Source: Planctomycetota bacterium
Lineage (GTDB): Bacteria > Planctomycetota > UBA8108 > SXIK01
Assembly (NCBI GenBank): GCA_965223845.1
Contig: CBDCXR010000004.1
Coordinates: 2,880,001 to 2,944,000 of the forward strand
Length of the DNA: 64,000 nt
Reading direction: 5' to 3'
Shown here: positions 18,760 through 28,932 of the stretch, piece by piece
Numbering within the stretch: the stretch's first letter is position 1
Layout: each line of letters opens with the position of its first letter
Made by a program: the position numbers and the translations under genes
Notes under the pieces: generated by a model
Database searches by the model: none
Told to the model about the DNA's origin: nothing
Seen by the model: only the letters and a program-made list of their open reading frames with translations

Positions 18760-20226
18760 ATGAGCGACAAGCAAGAGCTCATTCTCCTCACTGGAGCAAC
18801 GGGCTACGTCGGCGGACGACTGCTCTCTCAGCTCGAGAGCGAGAAGCGCCGAGTGCGCTGCCTCGCACGCCGGCCGGAGTTCCTGCGTCCGCGTGTCGCC
18901 TCCTCGACAGAAGTGGTCCAGGGGGACGTCCTCGACAAGGAGAGCCTCGCGTCCGCGATGGAAGGGGTCGACTTCGCCTACTATCTTGTCCACTCGATGG
19001 GCTCCAAAGGAGAATTCGTCGAAGAGGACCGCAGGGCCGCGGCCGTCTTCGCCGAGGTCGCGCGCGCAGCGGGCGTGAGCCGTCTCATCTACTTGGGAGG
19101 CCTCGGCCACGAGAAGAATCTTTCGGATCACTTGGCAAGCCGGCAAGAGGTCGGCGATGTGTTGCGGGGATCCGGGATCCCGACGGTCGAGTTTCGGGCT
19201 TCCATCATCATCGGTTCCGGCAGCCTGTCGTTCGAGATGATCCGAGCGCTCGTTGAGAAGCTACCCGCGATGATCACGCCACGCTGGGTCCGCTCCCGCG
19301 CGCAACCCATCGGCATCGAGGACGTGATCGCTTATCTGGTGCGAGCGCTCGATTTGTCGTTCGAGGAAAGCCGCGTGTTCGAAATCGGCGGCGCAGATCA
19401 AGCCTCGTACGGAGACATCATGACGGAGTACGCGCGGCAACGCGGGCTCCGGCGCTGGATCATTCCGGTCCCGGTGCTCAGCGCCCGGCTGTCGAGTCTC
19501 TGGCTGGGGCTCGTCACTCCCCTCTACGCCCGAGTTGGCCGGAAGCTCATCGACAGTCTGCGTCACGACACGGTGGTTGAGGATCCATCCGCCAGCGAAG
19601 TTTTTGGGATCCGGCCGGCGGGATTGCAAGCGGCGATCGAGCGAGCCCTCAGAAACGAAGACCACGATTTCGCGCAAACACGGTGGTCCGACGCCCTGTC
19701 TTCAAAGGGTAAGGAGCAGCGCTGGGGTGGAGTAAAGTTCGGATCGCGGCTCGTCGACTCGCGAGTCGCAACCGCGGAGTGTCCCGTCGCCGCAGCCTTT
19801 CGTCCGGTTCAACGGATCGGCGGAAAGACCGGTTGGTACTACGGCGACTGGCTGTGGCGAATCCGCGGATTCCTCGACCTTCTCGTGGGCGGCCCCGGTC
19901 TCAGAAGGGGACGAAGACACCCGGAACAGCTCGCACCTGGCGACACCGTTGATTTCTGGCGGGTCGAGAGGTTCGAGCAGGACCGCTCGCTCCTACTCAG
20001 CGCGGAGATGAAGCTCCCCGGCCGAGCCTGGCTCCACTTTGAAGTCGAGCCATGCGCCAAGGGCTCACTGATTCGTCAGACCGCGATCTTCGATCCGGTC
20101 GGGCTGCCGGCGCTCGTCTATTGGTATGGCCTCTACCCGCTTCACCAACTCGTCTTCGCTGGCATGTTGCGTGGCATCGCAAAGGAGGCTCTTCGCGATC
20201 GGGAGAAGCAAGGGAAAACAGTCTAG
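18760..20226 (+). CDS. NAD(P)-binding SDR/epimerase with DUF2867 C-terminal domain (YbjT-like)
   Basis: TGATGYVGG, YYLVHSM, HLASRQEVG, DFWRVE, AEMKLPGRAWL. Confidence 0.9.
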   Translation: MSDKQELILLTGATGYVGGRLLSQLESEKRRVRCLARRPEFLRPRVASSTEVVQGDVLDKESLASAMEGVDFAYYLVHSMGSKGEFVEEDRRAAAVFAEVARAAGVSRLIYLGGLGHEKNLSDHLASRQEVGDVLRGSGIPTVEFRASIIIGSGSLSFEMIRALVEKLPAMITPRWVRSRAQPIGIEDVIAYLVRALDLSFEESRVFEIGGADQASYGDIMTEYARQRGLRRWIIPVPVLSARLSSLWLGLVTPLYARVGRKLIDSLRHDTVVEDPSASEVFGIRPAGLQAAIERALRNEDHDFAQTRWSDALSSKGKEQRWGGVKFGSRLVDSRVATAECPVAAAFRPVQRIGGKTGWYYGDWLWRIRGFLDLLVGGPGLRRGRRHPEQLAPGDTVDFWRVERFEQDRSLLLSAEMKLPGRAWLHFEVEPCAKGSLIRQTAIFDPVGLPALVYWYGLYPLHQLVFAGMLRGIAKEALRDREKQGKTV

Positions 20227-20328
20227 CGTTGAGCGAGACCGAAGTCGCCGGGAACGAGGGAAGAGACTACGCGGTGAGTACCGCCTCGGCCCACTGAACC
20301 CGAGAGCACTGGGGATGCGCGCAACTGG

Positions 20329-21033
20329 TTGAAACAGGGAGTATCATCGCTCGATGAGAGGCGTCTTTCGTTTACACCTGAAGCCACTCTCCGAATGGGA
20401 CGATACGGATTGGTGTTGGACTTGCCTGACCAGATCAAGGAGACACCCACAAACCCTCCCGACGAGGCGATAGAAACGAAGCCCGAGCTCTGGCTCGATT
20501 GCTATGGCGACGTTCTCTTTCGGGACGCCATGGTGCGTCTCGGCGACCGAGCAGCGGCATCCGACGCCGTGCAAGAGACGCTGCTCGCCGCGCTAAGGGC
20601 CGTGCGGGAGGGGAAGTTCGACGGACGGGTGGAGTTTCGGCACTGGCTGAGGACGATTCTCCGTAACAAGGCGGTCGATCATGTTCGACGCCGAGTCCGC
20701 GAGCGCCCGCTCGACACGTCGGATCCCGAGGGAATGGGCGATACGCTCCTCTACAAACTGACCGGTGTGCCGACTAGAAGCCCGGAGAACTGGGCTTTCG
20801 ATCTCGAGATGGCCTTCGAGCGCGAAGAGTTTTGGGCGGCGTTCGAGTCGTGCATGTCCGGCTTGAGCGACGTCCAGCGTTCGGTGTTTACGATGAAGGT
20901 GATCGACGGCGTGTCGACGGAAGAGGTCTGTAACATCCTGAACGTCAACGCGAACAACATGGGGGTCCTTCTCCATCGCGCGCGTCAGGCCCTCAAGCGT
21001 TGCCTGGAAGGCAAATGGTTCGTCGCTGACTGA
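20329..21033 (+). CDS. ECF sigma-70 factor
   Basis: DAVQETLLAA, WLRTILRNKAVD, EVCNILNV..NNMGVLLHRAR. The real start may lie further downstream. Confidence 0.88.
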   Translation: MKQGVSSLDERRLSFTPEATLRMGRYGLVLDLPDQIKETPTNPPDEAIETKPELWLDCYGDVLFRDAMVRLGDRAAASDAVQETLLAALRAVREGKFDGRVEFRHWLRTILRNKAVDHVRRRVRERPLDTSDPEGMGDTLLYKLTGVPTRSPENWAFDLEMAFEREEFWAAFESCMSGLSDVQRSVFTMKVIDGVSTEEVCNILNVNANNMGVLLHRARQALKRCLEGKWFVAD

Positions 21034-21339
21034 GTGATCTACGTGCTTACCTGCAAACAAGTTGCCAAGAGCCTCGCCGAACGCGACTACGCGGAGCTGC
21101 CGCGTCTGAAGCGAGCCTTCCTGAAGCTGCACGTCCTTCTCTGCTTCGTCTGCGGGCGGTACCACCGGCACGTCATGCGCTTTCAGGACGGTGTCCGCCG
21201 TTATCGCAGCGGCGAATCCGCGAGGACGGCCTCTGCCAAGACGGACTTCTGTCTTCTTAGCGAGGAGCGGGAGTCGATCCGACGCGCGCTGAAGTCGGAG
21301 TCCTCCGAGCTCGACGTCGATCAGGAACCTTCGTCCTGA
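21034..21339 (+). CDS. Putative zinc-binding anti-sigma factor (zf-HC2-like)
   Basis: LTCKQV...LKLHVLLCFVCGRY (HxxxCxxC), directly after the ECF gene. Confidence 0.75.
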   Translation: MIYVLTCKQVAKSLAERDYAELPRLKRAFLKLHVLLCFVCGRYHRHVMRFQDGVRRYRSGESARTASAKTDFCLLSEERESIRRALKSESSELDVDQEPSS

Positions 21340-21603
21340 GCGATTCCGGGTCTCTTCCTCGCCGCTCGATCCCGTAAGTTGCTCTGCTCGAGCTACTTGA
21401 CTCCGGCGAGGGGACTGTCTTTCGACCGTCGACCTCGCCACACGCAGGGATTCGCGAAGAACCCTGTAAGAATCTCCGGGTCATGGCGATTCCCTATCGA
21501 TGCATCAAAGCGTTCAAAACGTTCACGTGTCGACGTTGACGCGCGGCCCCCGCGGCCGGGCGTGGACGGCGGGAACCCTCAGAACTTTTGGGAGACGAAT
21601 CTC

Positions 21604-22557
21604 ATGCCCCGGAAACTCTTTGCCGCGTTGTCACTCACCACTCTTCTGGCCCTCACGACGAACACCGCCTCGGCGAAACACCCTGACATTGTCAGCACGG
21701 CGATCGACGCTGGCTCGTTCAAGACTTTGATCGCTGCGCTCGAAGCTACCGATCTCGTCGACGCCCTCAAGGGCAAGGGTCCGTTCACGGTATTTGCGCC
21801 GACGGACGAGGCCTTTGCGAAGCTGCCGAAAGGTACGGTGGAGAAACTTCTCCGAGCGGAGAACAAGGGCACGCTCGCCGCGATCCTCACTTACCACGTG
21901 GTTCCTGGACGCGTCACCGCGAAGCACGTGACCAAGCTCAAGAACGCCAAGACGCTCAACGGACAGCGCGTCGATATCGCTGTCAAGGGCGACAAGGTAC
22001 GGATCGATGGCGCCAAGGTCATCAAGGCCGACATCGAAACGTGTAACGGCGTCATCCACGTCATCGATCGAGTGATCATGCCGAGCACCTCGGACATTGT
22101 GGAGACCGCCGTAAAGGCCGGCAGTTTCAAGACTCTCGCGGCCGCCCTCAAAGCTGCTTCGCTGGTCGAGACACTGCAGGGGAAGGGGCCGTTCACGGTC
22201 TTCGCGCCGACCGACGAAGCCTTTGCGAAGCTGCCGAAGGGCACCGCCGAGACGCTCGTTAAGCCTGAGAACATCGGCGAGCTGAAGGCTATCTTGACGT
22301 ACCACGTTGTCCCGGGACGCATCTACAGCACGGACCTGGACGACGGCAGCAAGGCGAAGACCCTGCAGGGCGGCTCGCTTGCCGTCCGTGTCTGTTCGAA
22401 GAGCGGTGTCCAAATCAATGACTCGAAGGTCGTGAAGGCGGACATCGACGCGGCCAACGGCGTGATCCATGTGATCGACAACGTCCTCATGCCGCCGGCT
22501 GAGAGTACAGCCTCCTCAACCGAGTCCCAAGAACACCGGGACGAGGCTGCCCTCTAG
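21604..22557 (+). CDS. Secreted fasciclin (FAS1) protein, two domains
   Basis: Two copies of [17 protein letters not shown]...ILTYHVV...NGVIHVID, plus a signal peptide. Confidence 0.95.
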   Translation: MPRKLFAALSLTTLLALTTNTASAKHPDIVSTAIDAGSFKTLIAALEATDLVDALKGKGPFTVFAPTDEAFAKLPKGTVEKLLRAENKGTLAAILTYHVVPGRVTAKHVTKLKNAKTLNGQRVDIAVKGDKVRIDGAKVIKADIETCNGVIHVIDRVIMPSTSDIVETAVKAGSFKTLAAALKAASLVETLQGKGPFTVFAPTDEAFAKLPKGTAETLVKPENIGELKAILTYHVVPGRIYSTDLDDGSKAKTLQGGSLAVRVCSKSGVQINDSKVVKADIDAANGVIHVIDNVLMPPAESTASSTESQEHRDEAAL

Positions 22558-22582
22558 AACTGAACCGCCCCCGTTCACACCT

Positions 22583-22625
22583 TCCGATCCGTCCGGAGGT
22601 TGAGACTTCGCCTCCGGGCGGATTG
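22583..22625 (+). terminator. Stem-loop after the fasciclin gene
   Basis: CCGATCCGTCCGGAGG ... CCTCCGGGCGGATTGG inverted repeat with G-U pairs on the + strand. Confidence 0.5.
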
Positions 22626-22644
22626 GTCTTAGCGAGAAACGATC

Positions 22645-23301
22645 ATGTTCATGGGACCGTTCATCTTGCTGCTCTCATCGACCAACTTGAAAGCCTGTGA
22701 AGGAGACTACTTGGTCACGCTCTACGATTTCTCCACCCCCTCCACCGCGGGTCGTTGGCGCACCATCAACGACAACGTCATGGGCGGAGTGTCACGCGGG
22801 AAGTTCCGTCTCTCCCTCGAGCGCAAGAGACTGCAATTCTTCGGAGAGCTCTCGCTTGAGAATCGCGGCGGCTTCGCCTCTGTCCGAAGCCGAGGGAAGA
22901 CGCACGATCTGTCGGAGTTCGAGGGAATCGCGCTCCGCATACGGGGAGATGGGCGGCGCTATTCAGTGAACGTCCGGACAAACCACACGCCATACGGCGG
23001 CTCCTATCGTGCTGGCCTTCAGACACGAAAGGGCGAGTGGATCACCGTTCGCGTGCCCTTCGCGTCGTTAGAACCGACTTTCCGCGGACGGCCTCTACCA
23101 GACGCGCCACCCCTCAATCGCCGTCAGATCCAATCCGTCGGTGTCACGCTGGCCGACAAGCGCGCAGGCCCGTTCAACTTAGAAATCGACTGGGTCAAGG
23201 CGTACAAAGCTCCGGCACCAAGGCCCCCGGAGACGGCGGACGAAACCGCCCATCCCGAAACCGCGAAGAGGGACGTCGCGGGAGAGACGGCGGATCCTTA
23301 A
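22645..23301 (+). CDS. CIA30-family protein
   Basis: WRTINDNVMGGVSRG, LSLENRGGFASVRS, GDGRRY. Confidence 0.9.
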   Translation: MFMGPFILLLSSTNLKACEGDYLVTLYDFSTPSTAGRWRTINDNVMGGVSRGKFRLSLERKRLQFFGELSLENRGGFASVRSRGKTHDLSEFEGIALRIRGDGRRYSVNVRTNHTPYGGSYRAGLQTRKGEWITVRVPFASLEPTFRGRPLPDAPPLNRRQIQSVGVTLADKRAGPFNLEIDWVKAYKAPAPRPPETADETAHPETAKRDVAGETADP

Positions 23302-23596
23302 TCCCTCAGTCTAGTCACCGATCGCCGAGCCCCCCGCCAGAGCAGTCTGCCTCCTGCGAATTCTCGATCTCCCAGCTACGATCATCGAGGCGCGGCGCCG
23401 TCCGTTCTCGCGGGGTGCCTCGATCGTAGAGGCGCCGGGAGGGAGGAGGCGGTGGGATTCGTCGCGATGGAGTCGGCAACAGCAATCTGAGAGAAGAAGC
23501 ACGCGGCACGCATCGACAGGCGGCCACGAAAACGCCTGAACGATAAGGAGAGCCCAGGTTCGCATATGCCGTCTTGAACTCGAGCTCGACGTTGGC

Positions 23597-24733
23597 CTAC
23601 TGACACCGCTCAAAGGTGTCGCAGTCCACCCCGTCCTCCGTAGGATCGAAGCCGCATTGCGTCATGCCAGGAAGCGGAACGACGCCGTTACCGAGGAACA
23701 GCACACCCAGCGTGTTGAGCGCATCGGAGATATCCACGGTGCCGTCGTCGTTCGAATCGCAGGCGTCGTCGCACGGAGCATCCTCTTGGCCGACGAAGAG
23801 AGACCTGAGAGTGAAGACCGCGTCGGAGATGTTGACCCTGCTATCTTCGTTGCAGTCACCGCGACGGAAATCAGCGCCGGGCAACGGCGCCCGGCTCGCA
23901 ACGCGAAATCCTGTGTAGTAGCCGAAGGCCGTCGGACGTCTGAACACGCTTTTGAAGAACCAGCTGCTTCCCCAGGCTCCTCCGAATGCGCCTCGAAACG
24001 GATGGACTTCGCCCACCGCTTCGGTCCACTCCCAGACGTTCCCTGTTTGGTCGAACGTCCCGTAGAAGCTCGTTGCATGGCGATACGCTCCGACCTCCGT
24101 AGTTCCGTCCAGGTCACTGTCTGCGGTATTGACGGTAGTCGCGTCTCCCGGAGGCGGACCGAATGTAGGAGTCGCATCGCTCTGGGTCGCATAGTTCCAG
24201 TAGCCGCCCGCTCCGTCTGCCAACGTCGGATCGTAGTAGGCCGCCTTCTTCCACTCGTCATAGCTGGGGAGAAAAAACGTCGCGTCTAGTGCGCGGGATT
24301 CACCCACGCCCGTTCCTATGGTGTAAGTGCCGCTTTCAGTTCCGCCTGTGCCCTGTCCGTTTTCCAGCCAGTTTACGAAACGCATGACGTCGAAGAAGCT
24401 GACGAACGTCACTGGATGTCTCTCGAATCCGGCTAAGGCAGAGTAGCGGAAGCTGCCGCTGGAACCGGTTCGCGTGATACGCATGCGCTCGTCGAATAGC
24501 TCGTGCGGGTCCTCCGAGGCAACGCTAGTCAAGAACTCCGCGTATTGCTCCGTCGTGACTTCGTGCTTGCTGATCCGATACTCGTAATCCACCGAGCCAC
24601 CGAGGCTGGTGCCAGCACGATCTCTCTCGGGCTCGTTTCCTGGATCACCGACCGTCGTCCAGTCGAACTCAACTTCGCCGACCGCAGAACTGCAACAGCA
24701 CATCAAGACAAGCAGGTTCAGTCGTGCGCGCAT
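23597..24733 (-). CDS. Secreted SUMF1/EgtB/PvdO-fold protein with C-terminal dockerin-like domain
   Basis: YRISKHEVT..QY, LPSYDEWKKAAY, GTFDQTGNVWEW, GFRVAS, then FRRGDCNEDSRVNISDA...CGFDPTED. Confidence 0.85.
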   Translation of the reverse strand: MRARLNLLVLMCCCSSAVGEVEFDWTTVGDPGNEPERDRAGTSLGGSVDYEYRISKHEVTTEQYAEFLTSVASEDPHELFDERMRITRTGSSGSFRYSALAGFERHPVTFVSFFDVMRFVNWLENGQGTGGTESGTYTIGTGVGESRALDATFFLPSYDEWKKAAYYDPTLADGAGGYWNYATQSDATPTFGPPPGDATTVNTADSDLDGTTEVGAYRHATSFYGTFDQTGNVWEWTEAVGEVHPFRGAFGGAWGSSWFFKSVFRRPTAFGYYTGFRVASRAPLPGADFRRGDCNEDSRVNISDAVFTLRSLFVGQEDAPCDDACDSNDDGTVDISDALNTLGVLFLGNGVVPLPGMTQCGFDPTEDGVDCDTFERCQ

Positions 24734-24994
24734 GATCGCTTCCTTTCGTTGCGGATACCGTCCCAAGTACCGCGCGGTCACTCTCGAGGCCGCCCTCGGG
24801 TGGGATGGGGAAATGTGTTCCGCTGTACCTTCTCATCCACCGTCAAGGTCCAATCCCAACATGCGAATCGAGAGGCGGTTTGCGATGCCGTTGTAATGTC
24901 TTCGCCAATCGAGCATGAGGATCGAAGTCTGCAGTGCCCGTTCGGCGAGGATCGGGATTCTTTTGAAATCTGATGTTGGGAATGGGGATCATCG

Positions 24995-25480
24995 GTGGAT
25001 CCCTTCATCGCGCAGTTCGTCCGCGCCGAACGATCCATCCGAGCGTTGCTGTTGGCCGCTACGGGAGACGTAAGTCTCGCCGAAGATCTGCTGCAACGTT
25101 GCCTGCTCGCCTTGGGAGAAGTGGCCGCAGCAAGGCTGCCGAGCGTCCGTTTCGGGGCGGGCTTTGGGAGTTGCGCGGATCGAGATCTTCCGCTGGCGTC
25201 GATCACCAACTCGACATCGGATGGTTTCGACGATCGAATCCTCGGACCACTTGTGGTGGCCGCAGACCGGGCAGCAGAAGAGGCCGACCGGAGTCTTGCG
25301 ATGCTGGCCGAGTGTCCTCGCTGTCGAATCTCTGCGGATTTCGATCGCGATTGAAGGAGAGAAATCACGCGCGAACTGGTGACTTCCAGCGAGAAGTTAC
25401 CGATCAACTGGTGAGAGAAAGTCACCAGTCGAACTCGCCGAGAGCTGCGGAGATAGAAGCTCAGAGTCTGCGGAGCTCGT
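24995..25480 (+). pseudogene. Frameshifted ECF sigma factor (planctomycete-type)
   Basis: Segments in different frames: FIAQFVRAERSIRALLLAATGDVSLAEDLLQ / GVARIEIFRWRRSPTRHRMV / FDDRIL..AADRAAEEADRSLAMLAEC. The end is approximate. Confidence 0.7.
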
Positions 25481-25595
25481 GACTTTGAATCTCACGCTGT
25501 TCTATCTCTGCGAATGAGAAGCCGATAGAACGGACGGGTGTTCTCGAAGAAGTCGAAGCGTTCAAATGCCTCGCCGGCGGCTCCGAGCGCGCGAA

Positions 25596-27512
25596 CTATA
25601 AATCCACCCCGACCGCGGAAAAATCCGTCGCCGTACCTTTGACGTAAATCCCGTAGTACCGGACTTCCTTCAGACCCGCGGGCAGCCGGACGTCGAAACT
25701 CTCGCCGCCGACAGTCGCCCGGCACTGGCGCTTCTCGAGGTCGAGCTCCACCGTGAGGTCGAATACCGGCGTCGGCTTCGCTCCTCTCCGTCCGCTCCGG
25801 CCGACGTTTCCCCAACCGCCCTCGAAGGCGACGTGCTCGCCCATTCCGATCGCCGTTCCGATTTTCAGCAAGTGCCGATTGGACGGCTCCGCACCGATCA
25901 CCAGTGCGGCGTTTCGCGTGCCGCTTGCGCGGGTCGAGCGGTAGCGCAGCTTGAACTTCGCCTTCCCTCTGATCGGCGAGTCGAGTTTCTCGAGGGCGAA
26001 CCCTTCGCCTTCCGCATCGAGACGGACGCCGAGCTCGCTCTGCGTAGCTCGAGCACCTTTGACGACGTCGAACTGCTTCGTCTGATCATCCCCATCCGGC
26101 AAAGGACCCGCGCTCTGTGTCCCGCGCCGCTGACGCCTCTGTCGCGGCGGCTCGTTCTTCCACCAGTCGGGACCCTCCGCCTTGACCGCCGCGTCGTGCG
26201 CGATCAGCCTCTTCTTCAGCTCTTCAAGCTTCTCCGGATACTTCTGGCTGAGATCCGTCGTCTCCTTCCAGTCGTCCTTCATGTTGAAGAGCTGGCAGCG
26301 GCTGATGTCCTCGTTGGCGACGATCTTCCAGTCGTCGATGCGGAGGGCAACTCGGCTGTCCGCCGAAGCGATGTGCGTCCTCCAGTAGAGAGGCTGTTCG
26401 CGACGGACGGGCTTTCCCTCGAGCGCGGGGAGCATGCTCGCTCCGTCGATCGTCCGATCTTTCGGAAGCGGAATCTCCGCGAGATGGCAGATCGTCGTGA
26501 AGATGTCGTGTCCGATGATCGGGACGTCACTCACCGAGCCGGGCTCGATTCCTCGCTTCTTGAAGTACGCGGGGAAGCGCACGATGCCGGGCACTCGAAT
26601 GCCGCCTTCATAGTCGTCGCGCTTCCGGCCGCGGAGCCCGCCGGTGGATCCTCTCGTCCGGCCCTTCGTCCCGCGACCCTCCGGCCCGTTGTCCGAAGTG
26701 TAGAAGACGCACGTATTCTCGGTGTGACCTAGCCTCTCGAGGGCGGCCATCAGCACACCGAAGGCGTGGTCGAGCTGCGTGATGTTGCCGTGATGCTGGC
26801 GCAGGCCCTCGTCCTCGAGGTGCGCGTACGGCTCCATGAAGCGCGGAGCGGACTCGATCGGCAGGTGCGGCTCGTGAGTCCACACGGTGATGAAGAACGG
26901 CTTCGCCGAGTCGCCGGCGGACTCGCGCTCGAGCCAACGGACCGCTTCGCTCACGGCGATGAGCGAAGACGGTCCCTCCATCCGCCCCACCGCCTTGCCG
27001 TTCCGGACGTAGTTGGTCGGGTTCAAGTGATGGGGCGCCGCGTTGTTCTGCGTCGCCAGCCAATGGTCGTATCCGTGATCACTCGGCTGCGGCTGCTCGG
27101 GGCTGTTGAAGTGGCCGTTCAGATGCCACTTGCCCGCGTGACAGGTGACGTAGCCCTTCTCCTTGAGCAACTCCGCGACGGTGATCTCGCTCGTTCGCAA
27201 ATGAACCTGATGTCCGGCGGGAATCCAGCGCCAGACACCGTTTCGGTACGGCGTGCGTCCGGTCAAGATCGCCGAGCGCGACGGAGAGCACACGCCGCAA
27301 GCCGAATAGCTCTGGGTGAATCGCACGCCCTGGGTGGCGAACTTGTCGATCGATGGAGACTTGATCTCCGGATGGCCGTAACAACCGAGGTCTCCCCAAC
27401 CTTGATCGTCCGTCAGAAAGACGACGAAATTGGGAAGCTCGGCGGAACGCGACTCGACGACGGTTGTCAGCAAGCCGATCGAGGCGAGGAACCACAGTGG
27501 AAGGTGCCGCAT
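25596..27512 (-). CDS. Secreted sulfatase (Cys-type, formylglycine-dependent) with C-terminal extension
   Basis: PNFVVFLTDDQGWGD, CSPSRSAILTGR, GKWHL, SDNG, EGGIRVP. Confidence 0.93.
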   Translation of the reverse strand: MRHLPLWFLASIGLLTTVVESRSAELPNFVVFLTDDQGWGDLGCYGHPEIKSPSIDKFATQGVRFTQSYSACGVCSPSRSAILTGRTPYRNGVWRWIPAGHQVHLRTSEITVAELLKEKGYVTCHAGKWHLNGHFNSPEQPQPSDHGYDHWLATQNNAAPHHLNPTNYVRNGKAVGRMEGPSSLIAVSEAVRWLERESAGDSAKPFFITVWTHEPHLPIESAPRFMEPYAHLEDEGLRQHHGNITQLDHAFGVLMAALERLGHTENTCVFYTSDNGPEGRGTKGRTRGSTGGLRGRKRDDYEGGIRVPGIVRFPAYFKKRGIEPGSVSDVPIIGHDIFTTICHLAEIPLPKDRTIDGASMLPALEGKPVRREQPLYWRTHIASADSRVALRIDDWKIVANEDISRCQLFNMKDDWKETTDLSQKYPEKLEELKKRLIAHDAAVKAEGPDWWKNEPPRQRRQRRGTQSAGPLPDGDDQTKQFDVVKGARATQSELGVRLDAEGEGFALEKLDSPIRGKAKFKLRYRSTRASGTRNAALVIGAEPSNRHLLKIGTAIGMGEHVAFEGGWGNVGRSGRRGAKPTPVFDLTVELDLEKRQCRATVGGESFDVRLPAGLKEVRYYGIYVKGTATDFSAVGVDL

Positions 27513-28294
27513 TTTGATTCCTCCGATTTCAGATGTAGAAGCGCCGCGTCACGGCTCGGGAGACGGAGACGAGGCGGGGGCGAATCTACCGGCTCCGCAG
27601 CGATTCTCCCACGAGACAATGAAGGTGATTACACTAGCGGTGAAGGTCACTCGCCGACACCTCCCAATCGAACTATGGCTGGTCTAACCCGGACTCTCAC
27701 GTGAAACTCTACAACGACTCTGATCGGTGGAGGTGAATGCTGAGTGTCGACGGAAGACGGGAAGAAGCGCATGGAAGGTGTGAACGTGGTCGCGGAAAGG
27801 GGGACGAGATGAGTGTACGGAGTCGCGGAACGACGCGGTATCGACTTCTCGAAGAAGTCGATACGGTTTTCGTCGGCACTAGCGTTGCCCGCGGTGAGAC
27901 AGCATCCGAATCTCCACCAACCGACCCTCGAATATAGACAGTCTCCACACCGAGTCCTGGTCGACCCGCCTTCAAGTGGCCAGAAGGTGCATGGGCGCAC
28001 GAGGTTCAGTTTGGTTGACCACGCGAGGACCTCCAGCAGGCGACCAGAACGCCTCAGCCAAATTCCGATCTGAGTACGAGATCCGGCTGAGATGATCGGC
28101 TGCCCCATGCACGGGAGTTTCTCATTGAAATCTGGTGAGAAGTCCCAAGAGGAGCGCAGCGGCGCAGCGGCGGCTGGATTCTTCTGAGGCTCAGGCTCGT
28201 GGTCGATCGAAGGGCTGCCTGGCTGGTCTCCTCGTTTACGCTGGAGCTCCTAAACCTTTTCGTTAAGGTGACTTGTGCGGTTGGATCGGCGCCC

Positions 28295-28323
28295 TTGACA
28301 ATAAAATTTGTCAATGCTACAGT
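28295..28323 (+). promoter_or_regulatory. Sigma-70 promoter overlapped by a palindromic operator
   Basis: TTGACA-17 nt-TACAGT with extended TG. Palindrome TTGACAA-taaaat-TTGTCAA at 28295-28314. ATG lies 6 nt after the -10 box. Confidence 0.75.
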
Positions 28324-28329
28324 TCCGTC

Positions 28330-28932
28330 ATGTTGGACGTAGATGTCATCGAAGAGCCCGGCGCCGCGACGATTGCCCTGGATCCCGTTCGGAGTCGGCT
28401 GCTCGCGGAGCTGGTGCAGCCGGCGTCGGCGGCGACCCTCGCTGGGCGCCTCGGATTGCCCCGGCAAAAGGTCAACTACCACCTGCGATCCCTCGAATCC
28501 CACGGCCTGGTTCGGGTCGCGGAGGAGCGTCGATGGGGCGGATTGACCGAGCGGCTCCTCGTCGCGACCGCGTCCTCCTATGTGGTTTCGCCCAAGGCGT
28601 TGGGTCCGGTCGGTGCAGACCCGCACCGGAGTGCCGATCGCCTTTCAGGCAGCTACCTCATTGCGCTCGCGGCTCGGATCATTCGCGAGTTGAGCGTACT
28701 CCTGAGGCGTTCGCGCGAGACGAACAAGGGGGTCGCGACCCTCTCCATCGATACCGAAGTCCGATTTCGCTCGGCGGCCGAACGCGCCGCGTTTACCGGT
28801 GAGCTCACCGGAGCCATCACATCTTTGGTTTCCAAGTATCACGATGCCGCAGCCGCTGGTGGCCGATCCCATCGCTTGGTGCTCGTCGCGCATCCCGTAC
28901 CCCACAAGCGCTCCACGAAGGAGGAGTCATGA
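28330..28932 (+). CDS. ArsR-like winged-HTH transcriptional regulator
   Basis: ALDPVRSRLLAEL..PASAATLAGRLGLPRQKVNYHLRSLESHGLV. Confidence 0.85.
   Translation: MLDVDVIEEPGAATIALDPVRSRLLAELVQPASAATLAGRLGLPRQKVNYHLRSLESHGLVRVAEERRWGGLTERLLVATASSYVVSPKALGPVGADPHRSADRLSGSYLIALAARIIRELSVLLRRSRETNKGVATLSIDTEVRFRSAAERAAFTGELTGAITSLVSKYHDAAAAGGRSHRLVLVAHPVPHKRSTKEES

Noticed and set aside
21031-21036. ECF sigma TGA immediately followed in frame by the anti-sigma ORF (possible third Sec or readthrough site)
   Set aside because: No hairpin with AGG at +17..+19 follows, the sigma is complete at this point, and the anti-sigma has its own GTG start(s).
21680-22490. Internal nucleotide direct repeat in the fasciclin gene
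   Set aside because: Explained by the tandem FAS1 domain duplication.
23597-24733. Formylglycine-generating enzyme serving the nearby sulfatase
   Set aside because: The SUMF1-fold domain lacks the catalytic Cys pair near the C-terminal GFR motif, and the protein is secreted with a dockerin-like tail.
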